Positions 7,430-16,524 of a stretch of 62,475 nt of DNA are shown here, in pieces. This stretch comes from a virus. The stretch is from the IMG/VR virus record IMGVR_UViG_3300049002_000008, positions 1 through 62,475 of that record. One strand, given 5' to 3'. The notes beneath the pieces are model-generated. The model ran no database searches. It saw only the letters and a list, made by a program, of their open reading frames with translations, and was not told the origin of the DNA. Position 1 is the stretch's first letter. The number at the start of each line of letters is the position of its first letter. Both the position numbers and the translations under genes were made by a program.

Positions 7430-10400
7430 GCGACGGGTATGTCAACTTGCACGGGCACACCACCTTCAGCGACGGGGACGGCTTCATGCTGCCCGAGGAC
7501 CACGTCGCGCGGGTGGCGGAGCTGGGTCAGCCGGGGCTCGCGCTTACCGAGCACGGAAACATCTCCTCGCATGTGCAGCTCGAGCAGGCGGCCAACAAGG
7601 CGGGTGTGCAGCCTGTGTTCGGATACGAGGCCTACTGCGAGAGCGGGGATCCGCGCGGTCAGCTCAAGCACCACTTGACGCTTCTCGCCGCAACGCAGGA
7701 GGGCTATCGCAACCTCCAGCGGCTCGTTACGGAGAGCTGGAGCAACTTCCGGTACAAGCCCACCACTACTGGCGAGATGCTGGCTGAGCACAGCGACGGC
7801 CTGATCGCGCTGTCCGGGTGCTTGGGCGGGCGTCTGGCTACCGCGATGCTTGGTGGCAAGGGCGAGGCCGAGCATGCGGCAGATCTCAAGGCAGCGTCGC
7901 GAGTAGCGGCCCGTATGCGGGAGGTGCTGGGCGACCGGTACTACCTCGAGATCCAGCCACATCCCACCCTCGCCAAGCAGCATGCTCTCAACCTGGGCAA
8001 TGCCGAGCTGAGCCGCAAGATGGGCATTCCGATGGTGGCGACGGGTGATGTGCACTACCCGCTGCCGGAGCAGCAGGACATCTACCCGCTCCTACACGCG
8101 ATTGCTCGCGGCGGCAACAAGGCCACCCTCGAGGCTGCCTCGCAGGGCTGGGAAGCCACCATCGAGCTGACGTACAAGTCCGCGGCGGATGTTTTGAAGG
8201 GACTGCGAGGAACGGGGCTGGGGCGGCGGGAAGCCGCGCAGGCAGTTGGCGCCTCGTTGGACATTCTCGCGCGCTGCAAGGTGGAGCTACCCCGGCTGCG
8301 CGAGCTGGTGTTCCCGAGCGACATCCCCGGCCCCCGCCTCTTTCGCAGGCTGCTCACGGAGGGCTGGGCGTACCGAGGCCTTAACGAGCTTACCGGGCGG
8401 GAGCGCAAGCGGTACCGGGAGCGAGTGCGATACGAGCTGGATCTCATTGAGAGCAAGGGCTTCACCGATTACTTCTTAGTCGTTGGAGACATGGTGCGGT
8501 GGGCAAAGGACAACGGCATCGCGGTAGGGCCTGCCCGTGGTTCGGCGGCGGCGTCGCTGGTGTGCTACCTGCTCCGCATCACCGAGGTAGAGCCGTTGCA
8601 GTTCCCAACGCTGCTGTTTGAGCGGTTCATCGACATCAACCGGCATGACCTGCCGGACATTGATCTGGACTTCGACGATGAGCTGCGCTGGCGTGTCGAG
8701 GAGTACCTGGTCTCCCGGTACGGCCGGGAGCGCGTCGGTAAGATCGGTACCTTCACCATGTACCGCGGGAAGAACAGCCTGGAGAGCGTAGCCCGGGTGC
8801 ACGGCATCCCCATCACCGCAGTGGAGGCGGTGAAGGACAAGCTCATTGAGCGCTCGTCCGGCGACCTGCGGGGCAACGCCACCATCGAGGACACCATCGC
8901 CATGTTCCCCGACGTGGCAAAGGTCTTCGAACAATGGCCAGCCCTGAAGCAGGCCCAGCGCCTGGAGGGGAACATCAAGGGGTTCTCGGTGCACGCTGCG
9001 GGCATCGTGGTGGCGAACCAGCCCCTGACCGATTCGGTGGCGGTATACCAGCGCACCGACGCCAAGGGCAACCTGATCGGTGAGGTGCTCAGCATCGACA
9101 AGCGGGACGCCGAGTACCTCAACGCCCTGAAGATCGATGTGCTGGGGCTTACCACGATGGGTGTCATCCGCATCATCCTAGAGATGATCGGCAAGGACCT
9201 GGAGTTCTTGTACCGCCTGCCGCTTGACGACGAGGCAGTGTACGAGGGCTTTCGACGCAACGAGGTCATCGGCATCTTTCAGTTCGACGGCCGCGCCATG
9301 CGCTCGGTGAACCGAGAGGTGAAACCGGACACCTTCATGGAGGTGTGCGACATCAACGCCCTGGCCCGCCCCGGGCCGTTGCACTCCGGTGCGGCGGCGG
9401 AGTACATCATGGTGAAGCACGGTAAGAAGAAGGCCGAACGCCACGGGGGCGTCATCGACCACATCACCGAGCACACCAACTACCAGATCGTGTACCAGGA
9501 GCAGATCCTGCAAGTGGTGCGCGAGGTTGGCGGCTTCAGCTGGGAGGAGGCCGCGCTCATCCGAAAGCTGATATCGAAGAAGCAGGGTGAGCAGGCCTTC
9601 AACCGCATGATGGGCAAGTTCATGGACGGGGCTGCGAGCAAGGGGATCGGGGAGGTGGTGGCTGCTCGGATCTGGAAGCAGCTCGTGACGGCGGGCGCGT
9701 ATGCCTTCAACGCTGCGCACTGCGTGTCGTACGGGATGCTGGCCTATTGGACCATGTGGCTGAAGCAGCACCACCCCTTGGAGTTCTATTGCGCCAGCCT
9801 GCAGAAGTACGACCCGAAGACGAAGGGCTTCGATCTGCTGAAGGAGGCGCATGCGAAGAACATCCGCATCCTCCCGCCCCACCCCCTCCGCTCGCAGGCC
9901 ACTTGGAGCATTGAGAAGGGCGCACTGCGGGCTGGGCTGGTGCAGGTGAAGGGAATCGGCGAGAAGCTGGCCGACCAGATGCTGCGCTACCGTGAGGACG
10001 AGCCGGACGTGTACGAGACGCTGAAGGCTCAGAGCTGGGAGGCCTTTGAGCAGATGAGGGGCTTCGGTCCGGCCAAGACGGCTACCATCCAGGAGTTCTG
10101 CGCAGACGAGGACCCCTTCGGCATTCTGCGCATGACGAAGACGCTACGTCGGGTGCGGCAGTGGCTGAAGAACCATGCCGATGACGCGGGGCTGTTCATG
10201 GCGCCGCACCGGAGCGAGGACGTGCCGTACGAAGCCAAGCGTGGCGAGTACTTCTGGGTCGGGGTCGTCCGGGACCGCAACCTGAAGGACATCTACGAGC
10301 TACACCGCTCGCGTACTGGAGAGGAGCTGGATCCGGAAACCGTACGGGAGCCGGAGTATGTCAACTATGCCGTCATCACCGGCGAGGACGAAACCGGCCC

Positions 10401-10566
10401 CCTCGTCATCACCGTGCACCGTTACGGAGGGCTGTACGCCAAGTACCAAGACCTGATCTGGGGCATGGCCCCGGACCGCGACCTACTGCTGGTGCGCGGG
10501 TACAAGCGAGCCGAATACCGTCGAGCCATCTACGCCACCGAGCTACATGTCCTGAACGTCGGATAG
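7426..10566 (+). CDS. dnaE: DNA polymerase III alpha subunit (DnaE-type, PHP domain)
   Basis: PHP motif NLHGHTTFSDGDG. Also GFTDYFLVVGDMVRWAKDNGIAVGPARGSAAASLVCYLLRITEVEPL and FNAAHCVSYG. Confidence 0.9.
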   Translation: MSDGYVNLHGHTTFSDGDGFMLPEDHVARVAELGQPGLALTEHGNISSHVQLEQAANKAGVQPVFGYEAYCESGDPRGQLKHHLTLLAATQEGYRNLQRLVTESWSNFRYKPTTTGEMLAEHSDGLIALSGCLGGRLATAMLGGKGEAEHAADLKAASRVAARMREVLGDRYYLEIQPHPTLAKQHALNLGNAELSRKMGIPMVATGDVHYPLPEQQDIYPLLHAIARGGNKATLEAASQGWEATIELTYKSAADVLKGLRGTGLGRREAAQAVGASLDILARCKVELPRLRELVFPSDIPGPRLFRRLLTEGWAYRGLNELTGRERKRYRERVRYELDLIESKGFTDYFLVVGDMVRWAKDNGIAVGPARGSAAASLVCYLLRITEVEPLQFPTLLFERFIDINRHDLPDIDLDFDDELRWRVEEYLVSRYGRERVGKIGTFTMYRGKNSLESVARVHGIPITAVEAVKDKLIERSSGDLRGNATIEDTIAMFPDVAKVFEQWPALKQAQRLEGNIKGFSVHAAGIVVANQPLTDSVAVYQRTDAKGNLIGEVLSIDKRDAEYLNALKIDVLGLTTMGVIRIILEMIGKDLEFLYRLPLDDEAVYEGFRRNEVIGIFQFDGRAMRSVNREVKPDTFMEVCDINALARPGPLHSGAAAEYIMVKHGKKKAERHGGVIDHITEHTNYQIVYQEQILQVVREVGGFSWEEAALIRKLISKKQGEQAFNRMMGKFMDGAASKGIGEVVAARIWKQLVTAGAYAFNAAHCVSYGMLAYWTMWLKQHHPLEFYCASLQKYDPKTKGFDLLKEAHAKNIRILPPHPLRSQATWSIEKGALRAGLVQVKGIGEKLADQMLRYREDEPDVYETLKAQSWEAFEQMRGFGPAKTATIQEFCADEDPFGILRMTKTLRRVRQWLKNHADDAGLFMAPHRSEDVPYEAKRGEYFWVGVVRDRNLKDIYELHRSRTGEELDPETVREPEYVNYAVITGEDETGPLVITVHRYGGLYAKYQDLIWGMAPDRDLLLVRGYKRAEYRRAIYATELHVLNVG
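8325..8349 (+). repeat. Polar C-tract/TCGCAG motif, copy 4
   Basis: ccccggcccccgcctctttcgcagg (read as PRLFRR). Confidence 0.7.
9871..9898 (+). repeat. Polar C-tract/TCGCAG motif, copy 5
   Basis: ctcccgccccaccccctccgctcgcagg (read as PPHPLRSQA). Confidence 0.8.
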
Positions 10567-10575
10567 GAGCATCAG

Positions 10576-11304
10576 ATGCCATCCCCCGCCAATTCCATCA
10601 GGAAGCCGTCCCTGCGCAAGAAGGAGGCTCGCCCACCCACCGTCCGGGTAGGCGCCCGAGAGAGCGACAACACCCTCTACACCCGCGTCAAGGAAACCGT
10701 CAGCCGGGCGAACGGCTGGCTCAAGGAGACCACTCTCGACGCCTACGCCCTCGACGAGGTGGCCCTGTTGCTGCCGGACAGCCAGGCCGGTGACGAATGG
10801 TTCGCGCAGATGCTGTACCGAGTGGGCAATCGTGGGATCACGTACTTCAACCGCAGCGAGGATGTCGTAGAGTGCCTGCCGTTGCCCAGCCGGTACTCGG
10901 TGCGCTACGACTTCTTCTCGACGGAGCTGGGCGTGCGCCTGGAGTTGCTACGCATGAAGGACGGCTTCAGCCCGCTGCACAATCTGTATGACATCCACGA
11001 CCGCGGGCGCGACGCAGCCATCGTGCACGCCAGCTTCAAGGTCCCCAACGGCCTCGAGTACGAAGAGACGTGTTCCATCCTGCGAGCACACGGCTGGGAT
11101 CTGGGGCAGTCCTGCTCTAGCACATACGGGGAGTTCAGCTACTGGCGGAAGCAGGGCGACGAGGGCTCGCTGCTCTGGCTGAAGCCGCGCGTGAACCTGC
11201 GAGACGCCGTGGGGCCGGTATTGCCCAGCTCCGAAGAGCAGATGGAAGCTTTCGACGATGAAAAGTTCATGGACGACGAAGACGGCGTAGAGGAGTTCCT
11301 ATGA
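10576..11304 (+). CDS. Hypothetical protein (242 aa)
   Basis: Long ORF with high GC3. SD taggagc lies upstream. No motif recognised with confidence. Confidence 0.6.
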   Translation: MPSPANSIRKPSLRKKEARPPTVRVGARESDNTLYTRVKETVSRANGWLKETTLDAYALDEVALLLPDSQAGDEWFAQMLYRVGNRGITYFNRSEDVVECLPLPSRYSVRYDFFSTELGVRLELLRMKDGFSPLHNLYDIHDRGRDAAIVHASFKVPNGLEYEETCSILRAHGWDLGQSCSSTYGEFSYWRKQGDEGSLLWLKPRVNLRDAVGPVLPSSEEQMEAFDDEKFMDDEDGVEEFL

Positions 11305-12035
11305 GCCGGACAACCATCCTCGTCGTAGGGACAGCGCCCGGCTCGTTCGGCGCCCGGCTGGTGCATGCGCTGAAGGTGGAGATGGCCGAAAGCAAAGCCG
11401 ATGACTACTCCGCCTGGAACGTGATCGCCGCTGGGCTGTCGGTCGACGGGTACGACGCGGAGTACGAGTACGACGTGGTGGAGGCCCTGGATCAGCACAT
11501 CGGAATCATGCGTGACATCCAGCCCTACCATGTGGTGTATGCGGTGGGCACAAACCACCCGGACATGCCGAACGACACCACCGACATCGCTGGCTCGGCA
11601 GTGGAACACTTCGAGCTGAACGTGGCGGGCTTCCTGCGGACAGCCGAGGCGTTCAAGACCATCGCCTTCCCCGGGTCGCAGCTCGTGGCCATCTCGAGCA
11701 ACTCCGCGCGCATCCCGCGCTCACCGTCGGTGAGCTACTGCGTCAGCAAGGCGGCGCTCTCGATGGCCGTGCGGGTGCTGGCTCGGCGCTGGAAGGGCGA
11801 GCCGGTGGTGTGGGGCGTCGAGCCTGGCCTCATGAACACCGAAGCCACGGTGCGGGCTGTCAATGAGCGCGCCTGGGTGAGCGGTGGGGCAACCGTCATG
11901 CACCGCATGCCCGGGGTTTCGTCGCAGTACGGCCTCAGCGCCGATCAGCTGGCTGAGATGGTGGCGCATCAGGTGCTGTGGGGTGGCATAGCCCTGAACG
12001 GCACTCTGTGGGGACTGGACGCAGGGGAGCTGTAG
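11301..12035 (+). CDS. Short-chain dehydrogenase/reductase (SDR)-like protein
   Basis: N-terminal ILVVGTAPGSFGARL Rossmann turn and the YCVSK (YxxxK) catalytic motif. Confidence 0.6.
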   Translation: MSRTTILVVGTAPGSFGARLVHALKVEMAESKADDYSAWNVIAAGLSVDGYDAEYEYDVVEALDQHIGIMRDIQPYHVVYAVGTNHPDMPNDTTDIAGSAVEHFELNVAGFLRTAEAFKTIAFPGSQLVAISSNSARIPRSPSVSYCVSKAALSMAVRVLARRWKGEPVVWGVEPGLMNTEATVRAVNERAWVSGGATVMHRMPGVSSQYGLSADQLAEMVAHQVLWGGIALNGTLWGLDAGEL

Positions 12036-12088
12036 GTCCTGCGGTAATGGCATGGCAAGATGGGGTCACCCAACCCAAAGGAGAAGAC

Positions 12089-12271
12089 ATGCAGCGGCCC
12101 ATGTTCGAGGGGCAGGAGCCCATCGGTGGCATGTCGACTGCGGTGAAGGTGACCCTCATCGTGTGCACTACCGTCGTAGTGCTCATGATCCTATGCTGCG
12201 GCGGGCTCATTCTGCTGGCTCAGGTGAGCCCTCCGCCCGCACCCCTAGCCCCACTACCGTCGGTCTCGTAA
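12089..12271 (+). CDS. Small membrane protein (60 aa)
   Basis: SD aaaggagaag precedes ATG 12089. TM segment VKVTLIVCTTVVVLMILCCGGLILLA. Confidence 0.45.
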   Translation: MQRPMFEGQEPIGGMSTAVKVTLIVCTTVVVLMILCCGGLILLAQVSPPPAPLAPLPSVS

Positions 12272-12405
12272 TGTGCCCCGGCCCCGGCCTCTGCCCGCTG
12301 CGCCAGCAGTCGGAGCGGCAGCGGTCGTACTGGCTGGGGCAGCACATCATCTGGGGCACGCTAGTGGCCCTGGGCACCTGGGTACTATTGCTCATCGTTT
12401 GGTAA
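12271..12405 (+). CDS. Small membrane protein (44 aa)
   Basis: TAATG overlap with the upstream gene. C-terminal TM segment GTLVALGTWVLLLIVW. Confidence 0.4.
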   Translation: MCPGPGLCPLRQQSERQRSYWLGQHIIWGTLVALGTWVLLLIVW

Positions 12406-12427
12406 CCTCCTCCCCCTGGAGTGACAA

Positions 12428-12829
12428 GTGAAGATCTACGTGTCCGGCCCCATCGCGGGTCGGCCCGAAGCCAACCGCCCGATGTTCGAGGAGTACGCCC
12501 ACCTGGTGCGGATGGCGGGCGGCGACCCCGTGCTGCCACACGACATCTCCCCCGAGCACTCCGGCGCCTGCCCGACGGACCCGCTAAGGGGTGCCGATGG
12601 GCACTCCTGGTCCTGCCACCTGCGCGCCGACATAGTGCAGATGCTCGGCTGCGACGGAGTGGTCATGATGCCCGGCTGGGAGCGCTCGCACGGCGCCCGC
12701 CAGGAGCACAACACCGCTGCCGCTTGCGGGATGCCCATCCACTACTTCATGGGCGACAGCGGCCTGGCCAAGGACAGCCAGGGCTACCCGCTCCAGCAGA
12801 TCATCGAGGACAAGGTGCTGGCTCGATGA
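12428..12829 (+). CDS. DUF4406 / nucleoside 2-deoxyribosyltransferase-like protein
   Basis: MKIYVSGPIAGRPEANRPMFEEY ... DGVVMMPGWERSHGARQE pattern. GTG start. Confidence 0.5.
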   Translation: MKIYVSGPIAGRPEANRPMFEEYAHLVRMAGGDPVLPHDISPEHSGACPTDPLRGADGHSWSCHLRADIVQMLGCDGVVMMPGWERSHGARQEHNTAAACGMPIHYFMGDSGLAKDSQGYPLQQIIEDKVLAR

Positions 12830-13062
12830 AGTACGAGGTGGAGGTCGTGGTGCGCAGCACCGACGCCAGCGGTAAGGTCGAAACCTCCCGATCGTACAAG
12901 GAGACGTGGTCCTTCCAGGATAACCCCCGCTGGGTGCTGGGCGGAGAGGCGTACGCCCTCGAGGAGACGGCCGGTCGGCTGGCCGGTAAGATCCGCCTGG
13001 AGGCCAAGGGCGGCGGCGGCCAAGAGCTGAACGACGCCAGCGGTACCCCGAGGAGGGCCTGA
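12826..13062 (+). CDS. Hypothetical protein (78 aa)
   Basis: ATGA overlap upstream and TGATG overlap downstream. Confidence 0.5.
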   Translation: MKYEVEVVVRSTDASGKVETSRSYKETWSFQDNPRWVLGGEAYALEETAGRLAGKIRLEAKGGGGQELNDASGTPRRA

Positions 13063-14162
13063 TGAACGAGTACGTAGGAGACCCGCACACCCACGGCGGC
13101 GCACCGTGCGCGGACTGGGCGAACTGCATGCTGCCCACCGATGCCCAGCGCCAGGAGATGCCCGACGAGCCATGGCGGATGGACGGGCGACCGGTGCCTG
13201 GCAAGCAGGTGCAGGCCTGGGCGGACGCCGCGCAGTATCGCAGCGAGCCGATGCCGGAGGGTGGGCGCATGACGGTGACGCTGCTGATGGCCACCCCGGA
13301 CCCGCTGGGTGTGGTCGCAGCGCTGTGCGGGATGTACGAGGGGCGGGTGACACGGTCGCTTTCGGAGCTGACGGATCGGCAGCGGCGGCAAGCCCTCGCG
13401 GACATGCTGGAAACCGAGCTGAACGGGGCGCTGTCGGCGGTGCAGTTCCTGTTCCTGGTCGAGGGTGTGGACCGCGCCTTCACGCATCAGGCGGTGCGGC
13501 AGCAGCAAGCCTTCTTCGCGCAGGAGAGCCTGCGGTTCGCGGTGAAAGAGGACTGGTCCGAGGAGATCCCCCTCCCGCCTTACCTCGCAGGCCTGCCGGA
13601 GGACGACCCGATGGTCCGGGTGTGGCGTAAGGCGCTCATCGCGGGCGAGGACGCCTACGGGGCGCTGGTGGCCGCGGGGATGCCCGCCGAGGAGGCCCGC
13701 GGGTTGCTGCCACACGCTGTGACGACGCGCTACTACTGGTCGGTGAACCTGAAGGGGTTGCTGATCGAAGCGGGCAAGCGCACCTGCACCCAGGCGCAGT
13801 TCCATTGGCGCCAGATGTTCGGGCTGGTCGCCAAGGCCCTCCGCGATTACGGAGCCTCGGAGGACTATCTTGGAGAGGCCGGTCCTTCGGCTCTTCATGG
13901 CTGGCAGTTCGCTCTCATCGCCGAGCAGCTCCGGCCGCACTGCTACCAGACCGGCTCCTGCGGCTTCATGGCCAAGTTCGACCGGGGATGCAGTATTCGG
14001 GCGCGCGTCGAGCAGAACGCCAACCTGGGGCGGCCCTCCTCGGATTGGCACCTGCCTGCGGTGGCGCTGGACTTCGGTGTCCCGGGGGCTATCGGCAAGG
14101 TGGTAGTGGAGGCCATCGAACCCCGGGAGTGGGCGGCGGATCCGGGGGCGGCGCGGACGTGA
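13062..14162 (+). CDS. thyX: ThyX-like (flavin-dependent thymidylate synthase fold) protein with a degenerate signature
   Basis: FLVEGVDRAFTHQAVRQQQAFFAQESLRF aligns to the ThyX block F..R....Q..RHR..S....S.RY, but RHR is RQQ, the first Ser is Phe, and RY is RF. Confidence 0.65.
   Translation: MNEYVGDPHTHGGAPCADWANCMLPTDAQRQEMPDEPWRMDGRPVPGKQVQAWADAAQYRSEPMPEGGRMTVTLLMATPDPLGVVAALCGMYEGRVTRSLSELTDRQRRQALADMLETELNGALSAVQFLFLVEGVDRAFTHQAVRQQQAFFAQESLRFAVKEDWSEEIPLPPYLAGLPEDDPMVRVWRKALIAGEDAYGALVAAGMPAEEARGLLPHAVTTRYYWSVNLKGLLIEAGKRTCTQAQFHWRQMFGLVAKALRDYGASEDYLGEAGPSALHGWQFALIAEQLRPHCYQTGSCGFMAKFDRGCSIRARVEQNANLGRPSSDWHLPAVALDFGVPGAIGKVVVEAIEPREWAADPGAART
13568..13591 (+). repeat. Polar C-tract/TCGCAG motif, copy 6
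   Basis: ccccctcccgccttacctcgcagg (read as PLPPYLAG). Confidence 0.75.
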
Positions 14163-14278
14163 TCTGGGGATCAGTAGCGGTGCTGATCGTCGCAGTAGTG
14201 GTCGGTGCCGGAGTGGGGCTCATCATCGATGTGCTGGTGCAACTGTTCCATCGGATAGGAGGAGGGGACCATGAGTAG
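14159..14278 (+). CDS. Small membrane protein (39 aa)
   Basis: GTGA overlap with the thyX stop. TM segment SVAVLIVAVVVGAGVGLIIDVLV. Confidence 0.4.
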   Translation: MIWGSVAVLIVAVVVGAGVGLIIDVLVQLFHRIGGGDHE

Positions 14279-14498
14279 CGAAGAGCCCATCATCGTGACG
14301 CTGCCGGAGGGCGGGCAGTGCGCGGCGGAGGCGGCGGACGGGTCGTTGAGCTGCATCCTGCCGACGGCCAACCTGGACGGCTGGCACGCCGTGTTCGGCG
14401 GGCACCTCGGTCGGGATGGGTCGGGGGCGTACTGGGGCTGGTCTATGACGGGTGGCGCCGAGGCGGTGCGTCGTACAGACCTGACGCAGGCCGACTGA
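14271..14498 (+). CDS. Hypothetical protein (75 aa)
   Basis: ORF from the track with SD ggaggagggg upstream. Confidence 0.5.
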   Translation: MSSEEPIIVTLPEGGQCAAEAADGSLSCILPTANLDGWHAVFGGHLGRDGSGAYWGWSMTGGAEAVRRTDLTQAD

Positions 14499-14737
14499 TG
14501 CGCCGGGGAGGGCGTAGTTCATTGGGCCGCGGGTCCGTGTGGCCCAAGGCCTACCGGACGGCCGTAGAGGCCGCAACCATCGTGAGTGCCATTGGCGGGG
14601 CGCTCTGGGGGTCTGGGCGCGCCAGCGTCGGGATAAGCCTGGTCTGCGTCGGCATTGCGATGGTGGGAGCCGCGGCGGGGTACAACCGGCGGTGGCTCGG
14701 TCTGCAGGGCGAGCTGTTCGTGCGGAGGCGTCGGTGA
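14498..14737 (+). CDS. Membrane protein (79 aa)
   Basis: TGATG overlap with the upstream gene. Two hydrophobic segments (IVSAIGGALWG, ISLVCVGIAMVGAAA). Confidence 0.45.
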   Translation: MRRGGRSSLGRGSVWPKAYRTAVEAATIVSAIGGALWGSGRASVGISLVCVGIAMVGAAAGYNRRWLGLQGELFVRRRR

Positions 14738-14853
14738 GCAAGGGCCGACACATCCGAGGTAAGAAGAAGCCCCCGCACTGCGAGGTGTGCGGCGGTCCGC
14801 TGCGCCGACGTAAGGGCATGCTGATGTGCGACCACTGCAAGCGGGCAGCATGA
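14734..14853 (+). CDS. Small zinc-ribbon protein (39 aa)
   Basis: GTGA overlap upstream. CEVCGG ... CDHC pairs. Confidence 0.4.
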   Translation: MSKGRHIRGKKKPPHCEVCGGPLRRRKGMLMCDHCKRAA

Positions 14854-15389
14854 GCGCCGCGCGGCTCGTCATCGTCGCCATCGACCCCGGGGTGACGTGC
14901 GGATGGGCCATCGTGCGGGTACCGATCAAGCGCCTGCTCGAGCTGGGGCAGGTGGGCTCGGTGTCCTACATGCAGGTCTCGACCGGACAGTTTCGAGAAG
15001 GGAGTACGTCGGCGAACGTGGACCGGGCGCTGGCCCTGAAACGGACGGCGTACGAGGAGCTGGCGGACGAGGGCGACGTCATGGTGTGCGTACACGAGGG
15101 GTTCACGTTGCGGATGCTCTCGAAGGATCCGGAGCTGCTCGAACCCGCCCGCTTCCTCGCAGTGTGGGCGGACAGGTTCGCCCCGCCGCGGCCGGAGTTC
15201 CCGCTGCCGGTTGAAGAGCAGGACCCCTCGCTCATGAACACCATCGGCGATGACAGGCTGCGGCTCTGGGGTCTGTGGCAACGGGGGCGCGAGCACGGGA
15301 GGGCGGCGCTCAAGCACGCCCTGGTGTACTGCCGCAGGTTCAGCGACCAGAAGGTCGTACGGCTGCGGGCTGGATACGAGGAGGAGTGA
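14850..15389 (+). CDS. RuvC-like Holliday junction resolvase
   Basis: ATGA overlap upstream. N-terminal RLVIVAIDPGVTCGWAIV (catalytic Asp in the first strand). Confidence 0.6.
   Translation: MSAARLVIVAIDPGVTCGWAIVRVPIKRLLELGQVGSVSYMQVSTGQFREGSTSANVDRALALKRTAYEELADEGDVMVCVHEGFTLRMLSKDPELLEPARFLAVWADRFAPPRPEFPLPVEEQDPSLMNTIGDDRLRLWGLWQRGREHGRAALKHALVYCRRFSDQKVVRLRAGYEEE
15144..15162 (+). repeat. Polar C-tract/TCGCAG motif, copy 7
   Basis: cccgcccgcttcctcgcag (read as ARFLAV). Confidence 0.65.
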
Positions 15390-15709
15390 TGGCGCCACCT
15401 ATCCCTAAGCTGACGCCTGTTCAGCGCGGTGGCTTTCTGATCCCGGGCCGGATGCTGGCTCAGCAGGTCGTGGAGTCCGAGCGCTTCGGTGTCTGGTGCC
15501 TGGCGCAGGCGCTGGCGGAGTACCACCTGATGACCCAGAATCCCCTTGAGGACGACAGCTACCACAACCATCGGATGTCCCGGCTGCTGACCATGAGCGG
15601 GGCGGCGCTGGGGAGCATCAACAGTCGGACAACTGCATTCAGGTTCCTAGAGGAGGTACGGAATGGACAGCACCCCGGAGGAGACGCCGAAGCCTACCGC
15701 TCGGCTTGA
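15389..15709 (+). CDS. Hypothetical protein (106 aa)
   Basis: TGATG overlap upstream. Overlaps the next gene by 47 nt, so the 3' end is uncertain. Confidence 0.4.
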   Translation: MAPPIPKLTPVQRGGFLIPGRMLAQQVVESERFGVWCLAQALAEYHLMTQNPLEDDSYHNHRMSRLLTMSGAALGSINSRTTAFRFLEEVRNGQHPGGDAEAYRSA

Positions 15710-16280
15710 CGAGCTGAGCCGAGAAGAGTTGATGGACATCGCGGTTGATGAGCGGCAGCGGGCGTCGGCTTTGGCTGCGAGGGCGGAGATGGCGGAGGCG
15801 CGGCTCGAGCTGGCTACCGGAGACTTGCGGAGACAGCTGAAGCGCGTTGTGGAGTACCGGGAGTTCGGCCGACAGTGGCGGGAGCTACTGACCAGCGAGG
15901 TGCGGCGGCTCGGGGAGGAGCTGTACCGCGTGAAGCTGGAGGCCGAGAGCGCGTTGGCTATGCTCGACTTGCTGACCGGGGAGCCGGACGGACAGGAGCA
16001 CCCCAGCTTTGTAGAGCTGATCACGACGCGCAAGGACTGGATCGCCAGTGCGGGTGGTCGGGTGCCTTTCGCCGAGGAGTCGTTCGGGTTCCGGTCCGGG
16101 CGCAACATCGAGGACGCCCTACCGAACTTCGTGGATATGGACGTGCCGAGCAAGCGCCCGGACGCCAGTAACTACGTCCCGTGGTCGGAGCGCTTCCCGC
16201 CCGGGATGGTGCCGGGGTCGGCGGGGGAGGCCAAGGCGGCCAAGGAGAGGGAAGCCAACCACCCCGACGTCGATGGCTGA
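15663..16280 (+). CDS. Coiled-coil protein (205 aa)
   Basis: SD gaggagg precedes ATG 15663. Heptad-rich, Glu/Arg/Leu-rich sequence. Confidence 0.55.
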   Translation: MDSTPEETPKPTARLDELSREELMDIAVDERQRASALAARAEMAEARLELATGDLRRQLKRVVEYREFGRQWRELLTSEVRRLGEELYRVKLEAESALAMLDLLTGEPDGQEHPSFVELITTRKDWIASAGGRVPFAEESFGFRSGRNIEDALPNFVDMDVPSKRPDASNYVPWSERFPPGMVPGSAGEAKAAKEREANHPDVDG

Positions 16281-16524
16281 GGTTCGGCTCCCCGCACAGT
16301 GCGAGCGCTGGGGGTGCGTCGTCTTCCTACGGGAGGTGGCGCGCCCCTTGGTGCTGGTGCTGGTTGGCGAGGGGGCCAACGTGTTCTGCAGTCAGGTGTG
16401 CCGAATGGAGCAGGAGAGGCTAGATGAGCGTACTGAGCGACCGAACCATCCGCGAACTAAGCGAGGCCGTCGGATTGGTCCGGCGTCCGGGTGGCGTACT
16501 GGAGGTGCAGCCCGTCTCGGTTGA
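16273..16524 (+). CDS. Possible small Cys-containing protein
   Basis: ATG 16273 overlaps the upstream stop region. The ORF runs 100 nt into dcd, so the call is uncertain. Confidence 0.3.
   Translation: MAEVRLPAQCERWGCVVFLREVARPLVLVLVGEGANVFCSQVCRMEQERLDERTERPNHPRTKRGRRIGPASGWRTGGAARLG

Noticed and set aside
13062-14162. Annotating this gene simply as a functional thymidylate synthase ThyX.
   Set aside because: The fold-level similarity is clear, but the signature substrate-binding residues are substituted, so the activity is left open.
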